In this document: positions 1-9,471 of the stretch, in pieces
How the letters are laid out: each line of letters begins with the position of its first letter
Position numbering within the stretch: the stretch's first letter is position 1
Origin: Candidatus Oxydemutatoraceae bacterium
GTDB taxonomy: Bacteria; Pseudomonadota; Gammaproteobacteria; Poriferisulfidales; Oxydemutatoraceae
NCBI GenBank assembly: GCA_965220085.1
Contig: CBDCOZ010000003.1
Location: 1,088,001 to 1,152,000 of the forward strand
DNA length: 64,000 nucleotides
Direction of reading: 5' to 3'
Notes under the pieces: generated by a model
Told to the model about the DNA's origin: nothing
Database searches by the model: none
Seen by the model: the letters and a program-made list of their open reading frames with translations, nothing else
Program-made: the position numbers and the translations under genes

Positions 1-2
1 TT

Positions 3-3000
3 CTGATAACAAATGTCGGTGTTACCGGTTCGGTCGATTCGAGTTACGACACACACCCGCTTGGCGCGCCGATTTACAACTGGCACACGGGCGGGCTGGT
101 CGGCAACGTTAATAACAGCGCGATAGAAAACAGTTATTCCGCAGTGGCGGTCGCTGGCGGGGCGCGGGCCGGCTCTCTGCTCGGCTATGCCACGGATGCT
201 TCGGCGGTGCGCCGCAGCTATGCCACCGGCGCCGTATACGCCGACTCCGAGTCGGGCGGTCTGCTCGGACGGGACTTTGACAGCCAAGCGCATGGCACGG
301 TTGAGCATGCGTACGCGACCGGCTATGTGAACGTAACCCGTGGCTCGCTTGCCAGCAACGGAGGCGGCCTGATAGGCGTTCTGGGCAATGTGGCGCTCCG
401 CTACGGCTATGCCACCGGTCTGATTCACCCGGACAGTCAATCGAGCGGCGGTCTGGGCGGCAGCGTTGAGGCGAGCGCCGTGGCTGCCGCTGTCTATTGG
501 GATAGCGAGACCTCGGCCAAGACCAATGCGTTCGGGGAAGGCGCGCTCGCCGGCGTGAGCGGCAAGACCGCCGCCGAATTGCAAGCGCCGACGTCCTATG
601 CCGGCATCTATGCCGACTGGAACGCGGCCGATGCCGACGGCAATGCGACCGACTACTGGGACTTCGGAAACGCTTCGCAATACCCGGCGCTAAAGATTGA
701 CTTTGACAACGACGGCACGGCGAGTTGGCAAGAATTCGGCTATCAGTTGCGCGAAGGCCCGCGCTTGCGCGAGGGCCTGCAGCGCGTGACACGAGACGGG
801 ATTGCCTTTGACCTGAGATGGAGCGCGCCGGACACCTCGCACTGGGACAATCCGCCGCAGATCGACTACCGCATCTACCGTGACGGCGCGGCCTTGGACA
901 TCGGAGCCGATGACATCGCCGAGACCCGTGATGCGAACGGCGAGATTGTCTATTCTTATGCCGATACGGGTCTGTTTAACGGCACGGCGTATGCCTATCA
1001 CATCGCCGCGGTCGTCAATGGCGGCGAGGCGAGCCGCAGCGCGACCGCGGTTGAAGTTGACTACGACAGCGACGACGACGGTCTGATAGAGATTACGACG
1101 CTGGAACAACTCAACGCGGTGCGCTGGGACTTGAACGGCGACGGGACGCCCGCAACCGAAAATGCGGGGGAATATGCGCAAGCCTTCCCCGGCATCGCGG
1201 GCAATACGGGTTGCCCGGCCGCTTGCGTCGGCTACGAATTGCGCCGCGATCTGGACTTTGAAGACCCGCAGAGCTACGCCGCCGCCGACCCCTCGGCCTA
1301 TGGCTGGGTCGATGACCCTAACGATAGCGATACGGAAGAAGGTTGGGCGCCGATTGCCCCCGTTTCCATGGGCAACGACTTTGTCTCCTTCACGGCGACT
1401 TTCAACGGCAACGGTCATACGATTTACAACCTGTATCTCAGTAACGCAAATAATCAGGGTCTGTTCGGTTACGTCAGCGGCGCGGTATCCAACATCGGCG
1501 TCACCGGTTCGGCGCTGGGGTCGCCGTCCGGCTTTGTCGGCGGCACAGACGGTCAAAATATTATTCGGGCGTTGCGCTTCCTGCGAGGAGTAGGCGGTTT
1601 TGTCGGCGGCGTGGCGGCTCAGTTGGTGGAGGGCGGCGTGATAGAGAAATCTTACTCGGCGATGTCGGCGGACGGCAGCTCGGGGGTGGGTTCGTTGCTG
1701 GGTTTTCTCGACAGTGGCACGGTGCGATTGAGTTATGCGACCGGCGCGGTCGGCGCTTCTGCGGTCGGCGGCGGCGGCGGCAACGGCGGCTTGATTGGCA
1801 TGCAATCCGGCGTTGCCGGCAACGAGTTGGAGCATGTCTATGCGACCGGCTTTGTCGATACGGCGACCGCCGACGACTTTTTCGCCGGCGGTCTGATTGG
1901 CATTACGGGGGCGTTGCAACCGCGATACGCTTATGCCACCGCCTTGGTCGGCGGCGCCGGAACGGTCGGCGCGATCGCCGCTTCCGCCCCCGACGATTTC
2001 GCGGGCACGGCGGTCTATTGGGATGCCGAGACCGCGGACCGGAGCATCGTGTTTGATTCGGGAGCGAGCACCGCAACCGGCATCGCCAGCAAGACGAGCG
2101 CCGAATTGCAAGCGCCGACCGGCTATGACGGCATCTACGCCAACTGGAATAGCGACGGCAGCGATTACTGGGACTTCGGCAACGCCGAGCAATACCCGGC
2201 GCTAAAGATTGACTTTGACAACGACGGCATGGCGCGTTGGCAAGAATTCGGCTATCAGTTGCGCGAAGGCCCGCGCAACCTGACGGTTTCCGATGTCAGC
2301 GAGGGCTTTCGGACATTGCGCTGGAGCGCGCCCGACACCTCGCACTGGCCGCACAACCCGCCGGCTGTCACTTATGCCGTCTATCACGACGGGGCGGAGT
2401 TGAGCGGGGACATCACCGAGACGACCGATGCGAACGGCGATGTTGTCTACTCCTATGTCGACTCGGATGCCTTCGCCAACCTCGGTTATGGCTATCACGT
2501 TGCCGCGGTCGTGGGCGGCGGCGAGCCGAGTCGCAGCGCGATGGCATGGCGGATCGATTACGACCGCGACGACGATGGTCTGATAGACATCACGACACTG
2601 GAAGAGCTCAACGCAATCCGCTGGGACTTGGACGGCGACGCGGCGCCGGTGGCGAATGCAGATGCACATCTCTATGCGGCAGTGTTTCCCGGCATCTCCG
2701 GCCGCAGTTGCCCGGGTCGCGCTTGCGGCGGCTATGAATTGCTCAATGATTTGGACTTTGGCGATGCCGCCGACTACGCCTCGGGCGAAGTGAGAGCAGA
2801 GTGGACGAGCGGCATCGGGTGGTTATCGATCGGAGGCGCAGCGGACAGCTTCGCGACGACGTTTAACGGCAATGGTCATACGATTGCCAACCTGCATATC
2901 GACGATAGCACAAGGTCGCAAGGCTTGTTCGGTTACGTGAGCGGCACGGTGTCCAACCTCGGCGTGACCGGGGCGGTATCGGTCTTTGCCGGCGGCGGCA

Positions 3001-6000
3001 TTGCTGGCCAACTGAGCGGCGGCGCGATAGAGCGTTCTTATTCGGCGGTGTCGGCGAGCGGCAACAGAGCGATAGGTTCGTTGCTGGGTCTCCTTGCCCC
3101 TGGCACGGCGCGACTGAGTTATGCGACCGGCGTTGTCGGCGCCTCTGCGGGCAGCGGCGGCTTGCTCGGCGCCATTCGCGACCTTCCTGTCGGCAACGAA
3201 GCGGAGCATGTCTACGCGACCGGTTTTATCGATACGGCGGATGGCGATAACGTTGGCGGCGGTCTGATTGGCTTTCTCGGTCCGTTACGGTTGCAATACG
3301 CTTACGCCACCGCCTTGGTCGGCGGCAGCGGAGGGCAAAGCGGCGGTTTGGGCGGCGGCGAAGACGATGACTTTTCGGCGACAGCGGTGTATTGGGATAC
3401 CGAAGCATCGGGCCTGGCTGTGGCGACCCCGTCGGCGACTATGACCGGCGCTGAAGGACGGACCGCCGCCGAGTTGCAAGCGCCGACGACCTATGCCGGC
3501 ATCTACGCCGACTGGGACGAGGGCGGCGCCGCCGACTACTGGGACTTCGGCAGCGCTTCGCAATACCCGGCATTAAAGATTGACTTTGACAACGACGGCA
3601 CGGCGAGTTGGGAAGAATTCGGCTATCAGTTGCGCGAGGGCCCGCGCCTGCGCGAAGGCTTGCAACGCGTGACACAAGACAAGATTGACTTTGACCTGCG
3701 CTGGAGCGCGCCGGATACTTCGCACTGGGACAGCCCGCCGCAGATCAGTTACCGTATCTACCGTGACGGTTCGGCCTTGGAGATCGGGGCCGATGACATC
3801 GGCGAGACCCTCGATGCGAACGGCGATACTGTCTATTCCTATGCCGATGCGGGTCTGTCAGGCGACACTGTTCATATCTATCACATCGCCGCGGTCGTGG
3901 GCGGCGGCGAGCCGAGCCGCAGCGCGATTGTATTTGAAGCAGACTACGACCGCGACGACGACGGTCTGATAGAAATCAACACACTGGAACAACTCAACGC
4001 CATCCGCTGGGACCCGGACGGCGACGGAAAACCCGCGAACGCAAGCTCACGGACCTACGCGGAAGCCTTCCCCGGCATCACGGACAACACGGGTTGTCCG
4101 GACACTTGCGGCGGCTATGAGCTAATCAACGATTTGGACTTTGAAGACCCGCGCAGTTACGCCGTCGCCGACCCCTTGGACTATGACTGGATTGATAACC
4201 CCGACGATGGCAATGCGGAAGAAGGCTGGCCGCCGATTTCGGGCTTCACGGCGACTTTCAACGGCAACGGCCATGCCGTTTACAACCTGTATGTCAGCCG
4301 CAATGCAAACGACCAGGGCCTGTTCGGTTCCGTTAGCGGCACGATTACAAACATCGGCATCACCGGTTTGATCGTGTCCCCGGTTTTCTTTGCCGGCGGC
4401 TTGGCGGGCCAGTTGAACAACGGCGGCATGATAGAGAAATCTTACTCTGCGGTAGCGGTGGAAGACGGCATATGGAGCGGTTCCTTGGCGGGCATGATGA
4501 ACGGCGGCGCGGCGGTGCGACTGAGCTATGCGAGCGGTGTTGTCAACGCCTCTGCGAACGCCGGCGGCTTGCTGGGCGTCACTTTGGATGCGCTTATTCC
4601 TAACACGACCACAGAGACTTTGGAGCATGTCTATGCGACTGGCTTTGTGGATGCATCCGATGCCGGCAACGCCGGCGGCTTGACCGCCACAGTAGGGGCG
4701 TTGCGACTGAAATATATCTATGCTACCGCCTTGGTGAGCGGCAGCGGGGAGGGGAGCAGCGGTTTGGGCGGCTATGACGAAGCAGGCTTCGCAGCGACGG
4801 CGGTATATTGGGATACCGAGACCTCGAACCAGAGTGTCGGGGTTGCCACACGCTCGGGGATGCCTGTGACCGGCGTTGAAGGCAAGACGACCGCCGAGTT
4901 GCAAGCGCCGACGACCTACACCGGCATCTACGCCAACTGGGACGAAGGCGACACCGCCGACTACTGGGACTTCGGCACCGCGGAACAATACCCGGCATTG
5001 AAGATTGACTTTGACAACAACGATATGGCGAGATGGCAGGAGTTCGGTTATCAATTACGCGAAGGCCCGCAAAATGTGGAAATCTCCGCCGCCAGCGCTA
5101 CCGGCATAACACTGAGTTGGACTGCGCCCGATACCTCGCACTGGGACAACCCGCCGTCGGTGACTTACGCCCTCTACCGTGACGGCGCGCCCTTGAGCCT
5201 TGCCGCCGATGCCATCGCCGAGACTGCCGATGCGAACGGCGATGTTGTCTATTCCTATGCCGATTTGGGCGCATCCGCCGACACCGCGTATCGCTACCAC
5301 ATCGCCGCAACCGTTAACGGCGGCGAGCCGAGTCGTTCCTATGTGTTTGCCGGACGGCTGGGGGTGACGGACAGAGACGCCGCCTTAAACACAATTGCCG
5401 AGAGCGGTACGACGGGCACGGCGGTTTCGGGGTTGCGGTTGTCGGTAACAGAGATGGGCGCGGCGCCGTTTGGCGACGTGATTTGGGGTTTGGATGATCC
5501 GACCGACACCTTCGGGATCAGCGCTGCCAGCGCCGAGATCGGCTTGCTCGCGAGTGACACGCTGGATTACGCAAGCACGCGAACTTATTCCGTAGCGGTG
5601 ACGGCAACGCTGGACGGAACGGAATTGCCCCCGCTGCCACTGACGATAAACGTTTTGAATGACATAGAGAATGTTCGGGTTCAGGATGACGACCCGTCGC
5701 CGAACCGGGTTCTTGAGAACACGCCGATAGACACGCCGATATCGGGCTTGTCGCCGGCGGCGTATGAAATGCCCGCTTCCGGCGGGTCTGTCGAGTTGGA
5801 ACAAGCGACATGGAGCTTGGCGGATAATGCCGATTTTGACCCGTACACGGGCGGCATATTTGCGATTGATGCCGCCGCCGGCACATTAACTTTGGTCGCT
5901 GCGGCGGATTACGAAACCTCGTCGCAACATTCTGTGTGGGCGGTCGCCGCCGTAACGCATCCCATAACAGGCGATGTGTTGCGAGGAGGCGAGCGCTTTG

Positions 6001-7865
6001 AGGTGCGGGTTGTCAACATACCGGAGACGTTGACGATTATGGATGGCGACCCCGCCGCCAACACCATCGCCGAGAATGCGACAACCGGCACGGCGGTGAC
6101 CGGCATCATCCTGAGCGCAAGCGAAGGCAACTTGCCCTTGACCGGCGGCGAAGACTTCCGATGGGAGTTGACAGATACCGCCGCCGACCTGTTCGCGATT
6201 GACCCTGTTAGCGGCGAGATAACATTAGTTGCGAGTGGCATGCTGAACTACGAAGATATCGGCGCTCGCACCCATAGCGTGACGGTGCGGGCTGTGGCAG
6301 GCACCGTGGTATCCGATGACTTGGAGCTGACGATAAGCGTTTTGAATGTGCCGGATACCTTGACGATTATTGATAGCGATATGAACGCCAATACCATCGC
6401 CGAGAACGCGACGACGGGCACCGAGGTGGCGGGCATCGATTTGACGGCGACCGATGAGGGTGGCAATACCGTAAGCAGCGCGACCTGGAGCCTGACCGAC
6501 TCGAATGAGCCCGCCTTGTTTGCGATAGCGACCGACACGGGCGCAATCACTTTGATTGCGAGCGACAGACTGGACCACGAAACCGCGCCCACGCATAGCG
6601 TAATAGTAACCGCCGCCGCCGCCGGTTATCAGTCTGCCACAGCGACATTGACAATCAACGTGACGAATGCGCTGGAGAAGCTGACGATAGCGAACAGCGG
6701 CAACGGTGTGATAGAGATTGCCGAGGGTGCGCCGACCGGCACAGCGGTGCCGGGCATTAATCTGGTCGCGACCGACGAGAATGACGAACCGGTAACCGAC
6801 CTGATTTGGCGCCTGACCGATAGCGCCGGCGACTTGTTTGCGATTGCGTCTGACACGGGCGTGATTAGCGTAAACCGGGCTTTGATTTTTGAGATGAGCA
6901 CAAGCCATAGCATAACGGCACAGGCCAGCTCGCAGACTGTGGTGTCTGATGCGCTAACACTGGAAATCAATGTGCTGAGCGCAGAAGCTTGCGCGGCTTT
7001 GACGCCTGCGCAATTTTTTAACGGAACGGCTTGCGTTGATTTTGCTGTCTGTGTTGAGCCGGCGACATTAGACGAAACGGAGAATACGTGCACGGTGCCG
7101 AAGTTGCGGATTGTTGCCGACACGGCGACGATAGCGGAGAACGCGACGACGGGCACCGAGGTAGCGGGCATCGATTTGACGGCGACCGATGAGGGTGGCA
7201 ATACCGTAAGCAGCGCGACCTGGAGCCTGACCGACTCGAATGAGCCCGCCTTGTTTGCGATAGCGACCGACGCGGGCGCAATCACTTTGATTGCGAGCGA
7301 CAGACTGGACCACGAAACTACGCCCACGCATAGCGTAATAGTAACCGCCGCCGCCGCCGGTTATCAGTCTGCCACAGCGACATTGACAATCAACGTGACG
7401 AATGCGCTGGAGAAGCTGACGATAGCGAACAGCGGCAACGGTGTGATAGAGATTGCCGAGGGTGCGCCGACCGGCACAGCGGTGCCGGGCATTAATCTGG
7501 TCGCGACCGACGAGAATGACGAACCGGTAACCGACCTGATTTGGCGCCTGACCGATAGCGCCGGCGACTTGTTTGCGATTGCGTCTGACACGGGCGTGAT
7601 TAGCGTAAACCGGGCTTTGATTTTTGAGATGAGCACAAGCCATAGCATAACGGCACAGGCCAGCTCGCAGACTGTGGTGTCTGATGCGCTAACACTGGAA
7701 ATCAATGTGCTGAGCGCAGAAGCTTGCGCGGCTTTGACGCCGGCGCAATTTTTTAACGGAACGGCTTGCGTTGATTTTGCTGTCTGTGTTGAGCCGGCGA
7801 CGACGAAACGGAGAATACGTGCACGGTGCCGAAGTTGCGGATTGTTGCCGACACGGCGACGATAG
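3..7865 (+). CDS. Giant secreted adhesin-like protein, N-terminal part (5' end lies before the window): repeated GLUG-type beta-helix + FN3-like modules, then cadherin-like repeats; continues into 7826..12172 across a frameshift near 7800
   Basis: Frame open from base 3. Four ~450-500 aa modules (first partial) with DYDxDDDGLIEITTLEQLNAxRWDxDGDG...GYEL..DLDF, GGLxG/YATG repeats and WSAPDTSHW..YxYxD..YHIAAVVxGGE; later IAENAxxGT..FAID..LDYE cadherin motifs. Confidence 0.85.
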   Translation: MITNVGVTGSVDSSYDTHPLGAPIYNWHTGGLVGNVNNSAIENSYSAVAVAGGARAGSLLGYATDASAVRRSYATGAVYADSESGGLLGRDFDSQAHGTVEHAYATGYVNVTRGSLASNGGGLIGVLGNVALRYGYATGLIHPDSQSSGGLGGSVEASAVAAAVYWDSETSAKTNAFGEGALAGVSGKTAAELQAPTSYAGIYADWNAADADGNATDYWDFGNASQYPALKIDFDNDGTASWQEFGYQLREGPRLREGLQRVTRDGIAFDLRWSAPDTSHWDNPPQIDYRIYRDGAALDIGADDIAETRDANGEIVYSYADTGLFNGTAYAYHIAAVVNGGEASRSATAVEVDYDSDDDGLIEITTLEQLNAVRWDLNGDGTPATENAGEYAQAFPGIAGNTGCPAACVGYELRRDLDFEDPQSYAAADPSAYGWVDDPNDSDTEEGWAPIAPVSMGNDFVSFTATFNGNGHTIYNLYLSNANNQGLFGYVSGAVSNIGVTGSALGSPSGFVGGTDGQNIIRALRFLRGVGGFVGGVAAQLVEGGVIEKSYSAMSADGSSGVGSLLGFLDSGTVRLSYATGAVGASAVGGGGGNGGLIGMQSGVAGNELEHVYATGFVDTATADDFFAGGLIGITGALQPRYAYATALVGGAGTVGAIAASAPDDFAGTAVYWDAETADRSIVFDSGASTATGIASKTSAELQAPTGYDGIYANWNSDGSDYWDFGNAEQYPALKIDFDNDGMARWQEFGYQLREGPRNLTVSDVSEGFRTLRWSAPDTSHWPHNPPAVTYAVYHDGAELSGDITETTDANGDVVYSYVDSDAFANLGYGYHVAAVVGGGEPSRSAMAWRIDYDRDDDGLIDITTLEELNAIRWDLDGDAAPVANADAHLYAAVFPGISGRSCPGRACGGYELLNDLDFGDAADYASGEVRAEWTSGIGWLSIGGAADSFATTFNGNGHTIANLHIDDSTRSQGLFGYVSGTVSNLGVTGAVSVFAGGGIAGQLSGGAIERSYSAVSASGNRAIGSLLGLLAPGTARLSYATGVVGASAGSGGLLGAIRDLPVGNEAEHVYATGFIDTADGDNVGGGLIGFLGPLRLQYAYATALVGGSGGQSGGLGGGEDDDFSATAVYWDTEASGLAVATPSATMTGAEGRTAAELQAPTTYAGIYADWDEGGAADYWDFGSASQYPALKIDFDNDGTASWEEFGYQLREGPRLREGLQRVTQDKIDFDLRWSAPDTSHWDSPPQISYRIYRDGSALEIGADDIGETLDANGDTVYSYADAGLSGDTVHIYHIAAVVGGGEPSRSAIVFEADYDRDDDGLIEINTLEQLNAIRWDPDGDGKPANASSRTYAEAFPGITDNTGCPDTCGGYELINDLDFEDPRSYAVADPLDYDWIDNPDDGNAEEGWPPISGFTATFNGNGHAVYNLYVSRNANDQGLFGSVSGTITNIGITGLIVSPVFFAGGLAGQLNNGGMIEKSYSAVAVEDGIWSGSLAGMMNGGAAVRLSYASGVVNASANAGGLLGVTLDALIPNTTTETLEHVYATGFVDASDAGNAGGLTATVGALRLKYIYATALVSGSGEGSSGLGGYDEAGFAATAVYWDTETSNQSVGVATRSGMPVTGVEGKTTAELQAPTTYTGIYANWDEGDTADYWDFGTAEQYPALKIDFDNNDMARWQEFGYQLREGPQNVEISAASATGITLSWTAPDTSHWDNPPSVTYALYRDGAPLSLAADAIAETADANGDVVYSYADLGASADTAYRYHIAATVNGGEPSRSYVFAGRLGVTDRDAALNTIAESGTTGTAVSGLRLSVTEMGAAPFGDVIWGLDDPTDTFGISAASAEIGLLASDTLDYASTRTYSVAVTATLDGTELPPLPLTINVLNDIENVRVQDDDPSPNRVLENTPIDTPISGLSPAAYEMPASGGSVELEQATWSLADNADFDPYTGGIFAIDAAAGTLTLVAAADYETSSQHSVWAVAAVTHPITGDVLRGGERFEVRVVNIPETLTIMDGDPAANTIAENATTGTAVTGIILSASEGNLPLTGGEDFRWELTDTAADLFAIDPVSGEITLVASGMLNYEDIGARTHSVTVRAVAGTVVSDDLELTISVLNVPDTLTIIDSDMNANTIAENATTGTEVAGIDLTATDEGGNTVSSATWSLTDSNEPALFAIATDTGAITLIASDRLDHETAPTHSVIVTAAAAGYQSATATLTINVTNALEKLTIANSGNGVIEIAEGAPTGTAVPGINLVATDENDEPVTDLIWRLTDSAGDLFAIASDTGVISVNRALIFEMSTSHSITAQASSQTVVSDALTLEINVLSAEACAALTPAQFFNGTACVDFAVCVEPATLDETENTCTVPKLRIVADTATIAENATTGTEVAGIDLTATDEGGNTVSSATWSLTDSNEPALFAIATDAGAITLIASDRLDHETTPTHSVIVTAAAAGYQSATATLTINVTNALEKLTIANSGNGVIEIAEGAPTGTAVPGINLVATDENDEPVTDLIWRLTDSAGDLFAIASDTGVISVNRALIFEMSTSHSITAQASSQTVVSDALTLEINVLSAEACAALTPAQFFNGTACVDFAVCVEPATTKRRIRARCRSCGLLPTRRR

Positions 7866-9471
7866 CGGAGAACGCGACGACGGGCACCGAGGTAGACTGG
7901 ACCACGAAACTGGACGCGACCACGCATAGCGTAATAGTAACCGCCGTAACCGCCGCCGGTTATCAGTCTGCCACAGCGACATTGACAATCAACGTGACGA
8001 ATGCGCTGGAGAAGCTGACGATAGCGAACAGCGGCAACGGTGTGATAGAGATTGCCGAGGGTGCGCCGACCGGCACAGCGGTGCCGGGCATTAATCTGGT
8101 CGCGACCGACGAGAATGACGAACCGGTAACCGACCTGATTTGGCGCCTGACCGATAGCGCCGGCGACTTGTTTGCGATTGCGTCTGACACGGGCGTGATT
8201 AGCGTAAACCGGGCTTTGATTTTTGAGATGAGCACAAGCCATAGCATAACGGCACAGGCCAGCTCGCAGACTGTGGTGTCTGATGCGCTAACACTGGAAA
8301 TCAATGTGCTGAGCGCAGAAGCTTGCGCGGCTTTGACGCCGGCGCAATTTTTTAACGGAACGGCTTGCGTTGATTTTGCTGTCTGTGTTGAGCCGGCGAC
8401 ATTAGACGAAACGGAGAATACGTGCACGGTGCCGAAGTTGCGGATTGTTGCCGACACGGCGACGATAGCGGAGAACGCGACGACGGGCACCGAGGTAGCG
8501 GGCATCGATTTGACGGCGACCGACGAGGGTGGCAATACCGTAAGTAGCGCGACCTGGAGCCTGACCGACTCGAATGAGCCCGCCTTGTTTGCGATAGCGA
8601 CCGACACGGGCGCAATCACTTTGATTGCGAGCGACAGACTGGACCACGAAACCACGCCCACGCATAGCGTAATAGTAACCGCCGAAGCCGACGGTTATCA
8701 GTCTGCCACAGCGACATTGACAATCAACGTGACGAATGCGCTGGAGAAGCTGACGATAGCGAACAGCGGCAACGGTGTGATAGAGATTGCCGAGGGTGCG
8801 CCGACCGGCACAGCGGTGCCGGGCATTAATCTGGTCGCGACCGACGAGAATGACGAACCGGTAACCGACCTGATTTGGCGCCTGACCGATAGCGCCGGCG
8901 ACTTGTTTGCGATTGCGTCTGACACGGGCGTGATTAGCGTAAACCGGGCTTTGATTTTTGAGATGAGCACAAGCCATAGCATAACGGCACAGGCCAGCTC
9001 GCAGACTGTGGTGTCTGATGCGCTAACACTGGAAATCAATGTGCTGAGCGCAGAAGCTTGCGCGGCTTTGACGCCGGCGCAATTTTTTAACGGAACGGCT
9101 TGCGTTGATTTTGCTGTCTGTGTTGAGCCGGCGACATTAGACGAAACGGAGAATACGTGCACGGTGCCGAAGTTGCGGATTGTTGCCGACACGGCGACGA
9201 TAGCGGAGAACGCGACGACGGGCACCGAGGTGGCGGGCATCGATTTGACGGCGACCGACGAGGGTGGCAATACCGTAAGCAGCGCGACCTGGAGCCTGAC
9301 CGACTCGAATGAGCCCGCCTTGTTTGCGATAGCGACCGACACGGGCGCAATCACTTTGATTGCGAGCGACAGACTGGACCACGAAACCACGCCCACGCAT
9401 AGCGTAACGGTAACCGCCGCCGCCGCCGGTTATCAGTCTGCCACAGCGACATTGACAATCAACGTGACGAA
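6392..9471 (+). repeat. Near-identical 735-bp (245 aa) intragenic tandem repeat, about 4.3 copies, one copy internally shortened by 136 bp
   Basis: Identical landmarks recur at 6629, 7364, 7963, 8698 and 9433. Unit = two cadherin-like domains plus a Cys module CAALTPAQFFNGTACVDFAVCVEPATLDETENTC. Confidence 0.9.
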
